Shown here in pieces: positions 19,347 to 20,000 of a DNA stretch of 20,000 bases (positions within the stretch are counted from its first letter, which is position 1; each line of letters opens with the position of its first letter). The position numbers and the translations under genes were made by a program. This DNA is from Malacoraja senta. Its lineage: Eukaryota. The stretch covers positions 107,626-127,625 of the forward strand of contig JAXLNO010000253.1 in assembly GCA_038087875.1 (NCBI GenBank), written 5' to 3'. The notes under the pieces are model-generated. The model had not been told where the DNA came from, searched no databases, and was given only the letters and a program-made list of their open reading frames with translations.

Positions 19347-20000
19347 TTCTCTCCGCCCCCCTCTCTCTCCTCCCCCTCTCTCTCTCCTCCCCTTCTCTCT
19401 CCTGCCCCCTCTCTCTCCTCCCCCCTCTCTCCCCCCCTCTCTCCCCCCTCTCTCTCCCCCCCTCTCTCCCCCCCTTCTCTCTCTCCCCCTCTCTCTCTCC
19501 CCCTCTCTCTCTCCCCCCTCTCTCTCTCCCCCTCTCTCTCTCCCCCTCTCTCTCCCCCGCTCTCTCTCCCCCCTCTCTCTCTGCCCCTCTCTCTCTGCCC
19601 CCTCTCTCTCTGCCCCCTCTCTCTCTGCCCCCTCTCTCTCTGCCCCCTCTCTCTCTGCCCCCTCTCTCTCTGCCCCCTCTCTCTCTGGCCCCTCTCTCTC
19701 TGCCCCCTCTCTCTCTGCCCCCTCTCTCTCTCCCCCCTCTCTCTCCCCCCTCTCTCTCTCCCCCCTCTCTCTGTCCCCCCTCTCTTTCCCCCCTCTCTTT
19801 CCCCCCTCTCTCTTCCCCCTCTCTCTCCCCCTCTCTCACCCCCCCCTCTCTCTACCCCCCTGTCTCTCCCCCCACTCTCTCCCCCCCACTCATCCCCCCC
19901 ACTCTCTCCCCCCCTCTCTCTCCCCCACTGTCTCTCCCCCTTTCTCTCCCCTTCTCTCTCCTCCCCTCCTCTCCCCCCCCTCCTCTCCCCCCTCCTCGCC
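19347..20000. repeat. Polypyrimidine (C/T) low-complexity tract with a 15-bp periodic core
   Basis: Almost entirely C and T, with (CCCCCTCTCTCTCTG)n at about 19585-19730. It runs off the window end. Confidence 0.95.

Noticed and set aside
19347..19839. Arg/Glu/Gly-rich part of the 213-aa ORF
   Set aside because: It is a translation of the polypurine strand.

Overview
Repeat-dense eukaryotic genomic DNA, most likely from a cartilaginous fish (skate or ray). This is inferred from the repeat set: HE1-like V-SINEs, CR1/HER1-like LINE fragments and Penelope-like fragments. The only clear host gene is a GC-rich tandem C2H2 zinc-finger exon (about 1854-3503, + strand). It has a 422-aa ORF with a homogenised 84-bp finger array and frameshifted finger remnants at both ends. 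A young 5'-truncated L1-clade LINE (3504-5750, - strand) with a perfect 15-16 bp target-site duplication sits exactly at the stop codon of the downstream finger remnant. The rest is a mosaic of CR1 fragments, two V-SINEs, Penelope-like remnants (GIY-YIG and linker coding pieces followed by minimal type I hammerhead-ribozyme-like motifs), several minisatellites, a 4.5-kb 20-bp satellite with a 1541-bp higher-order period, and a terminal polypyrimidine tract. Most long ORFs in the track outside the zinc-finger and LINE regions are repeat artefacts. No database searches or folding were run; family names come from motif recognition.
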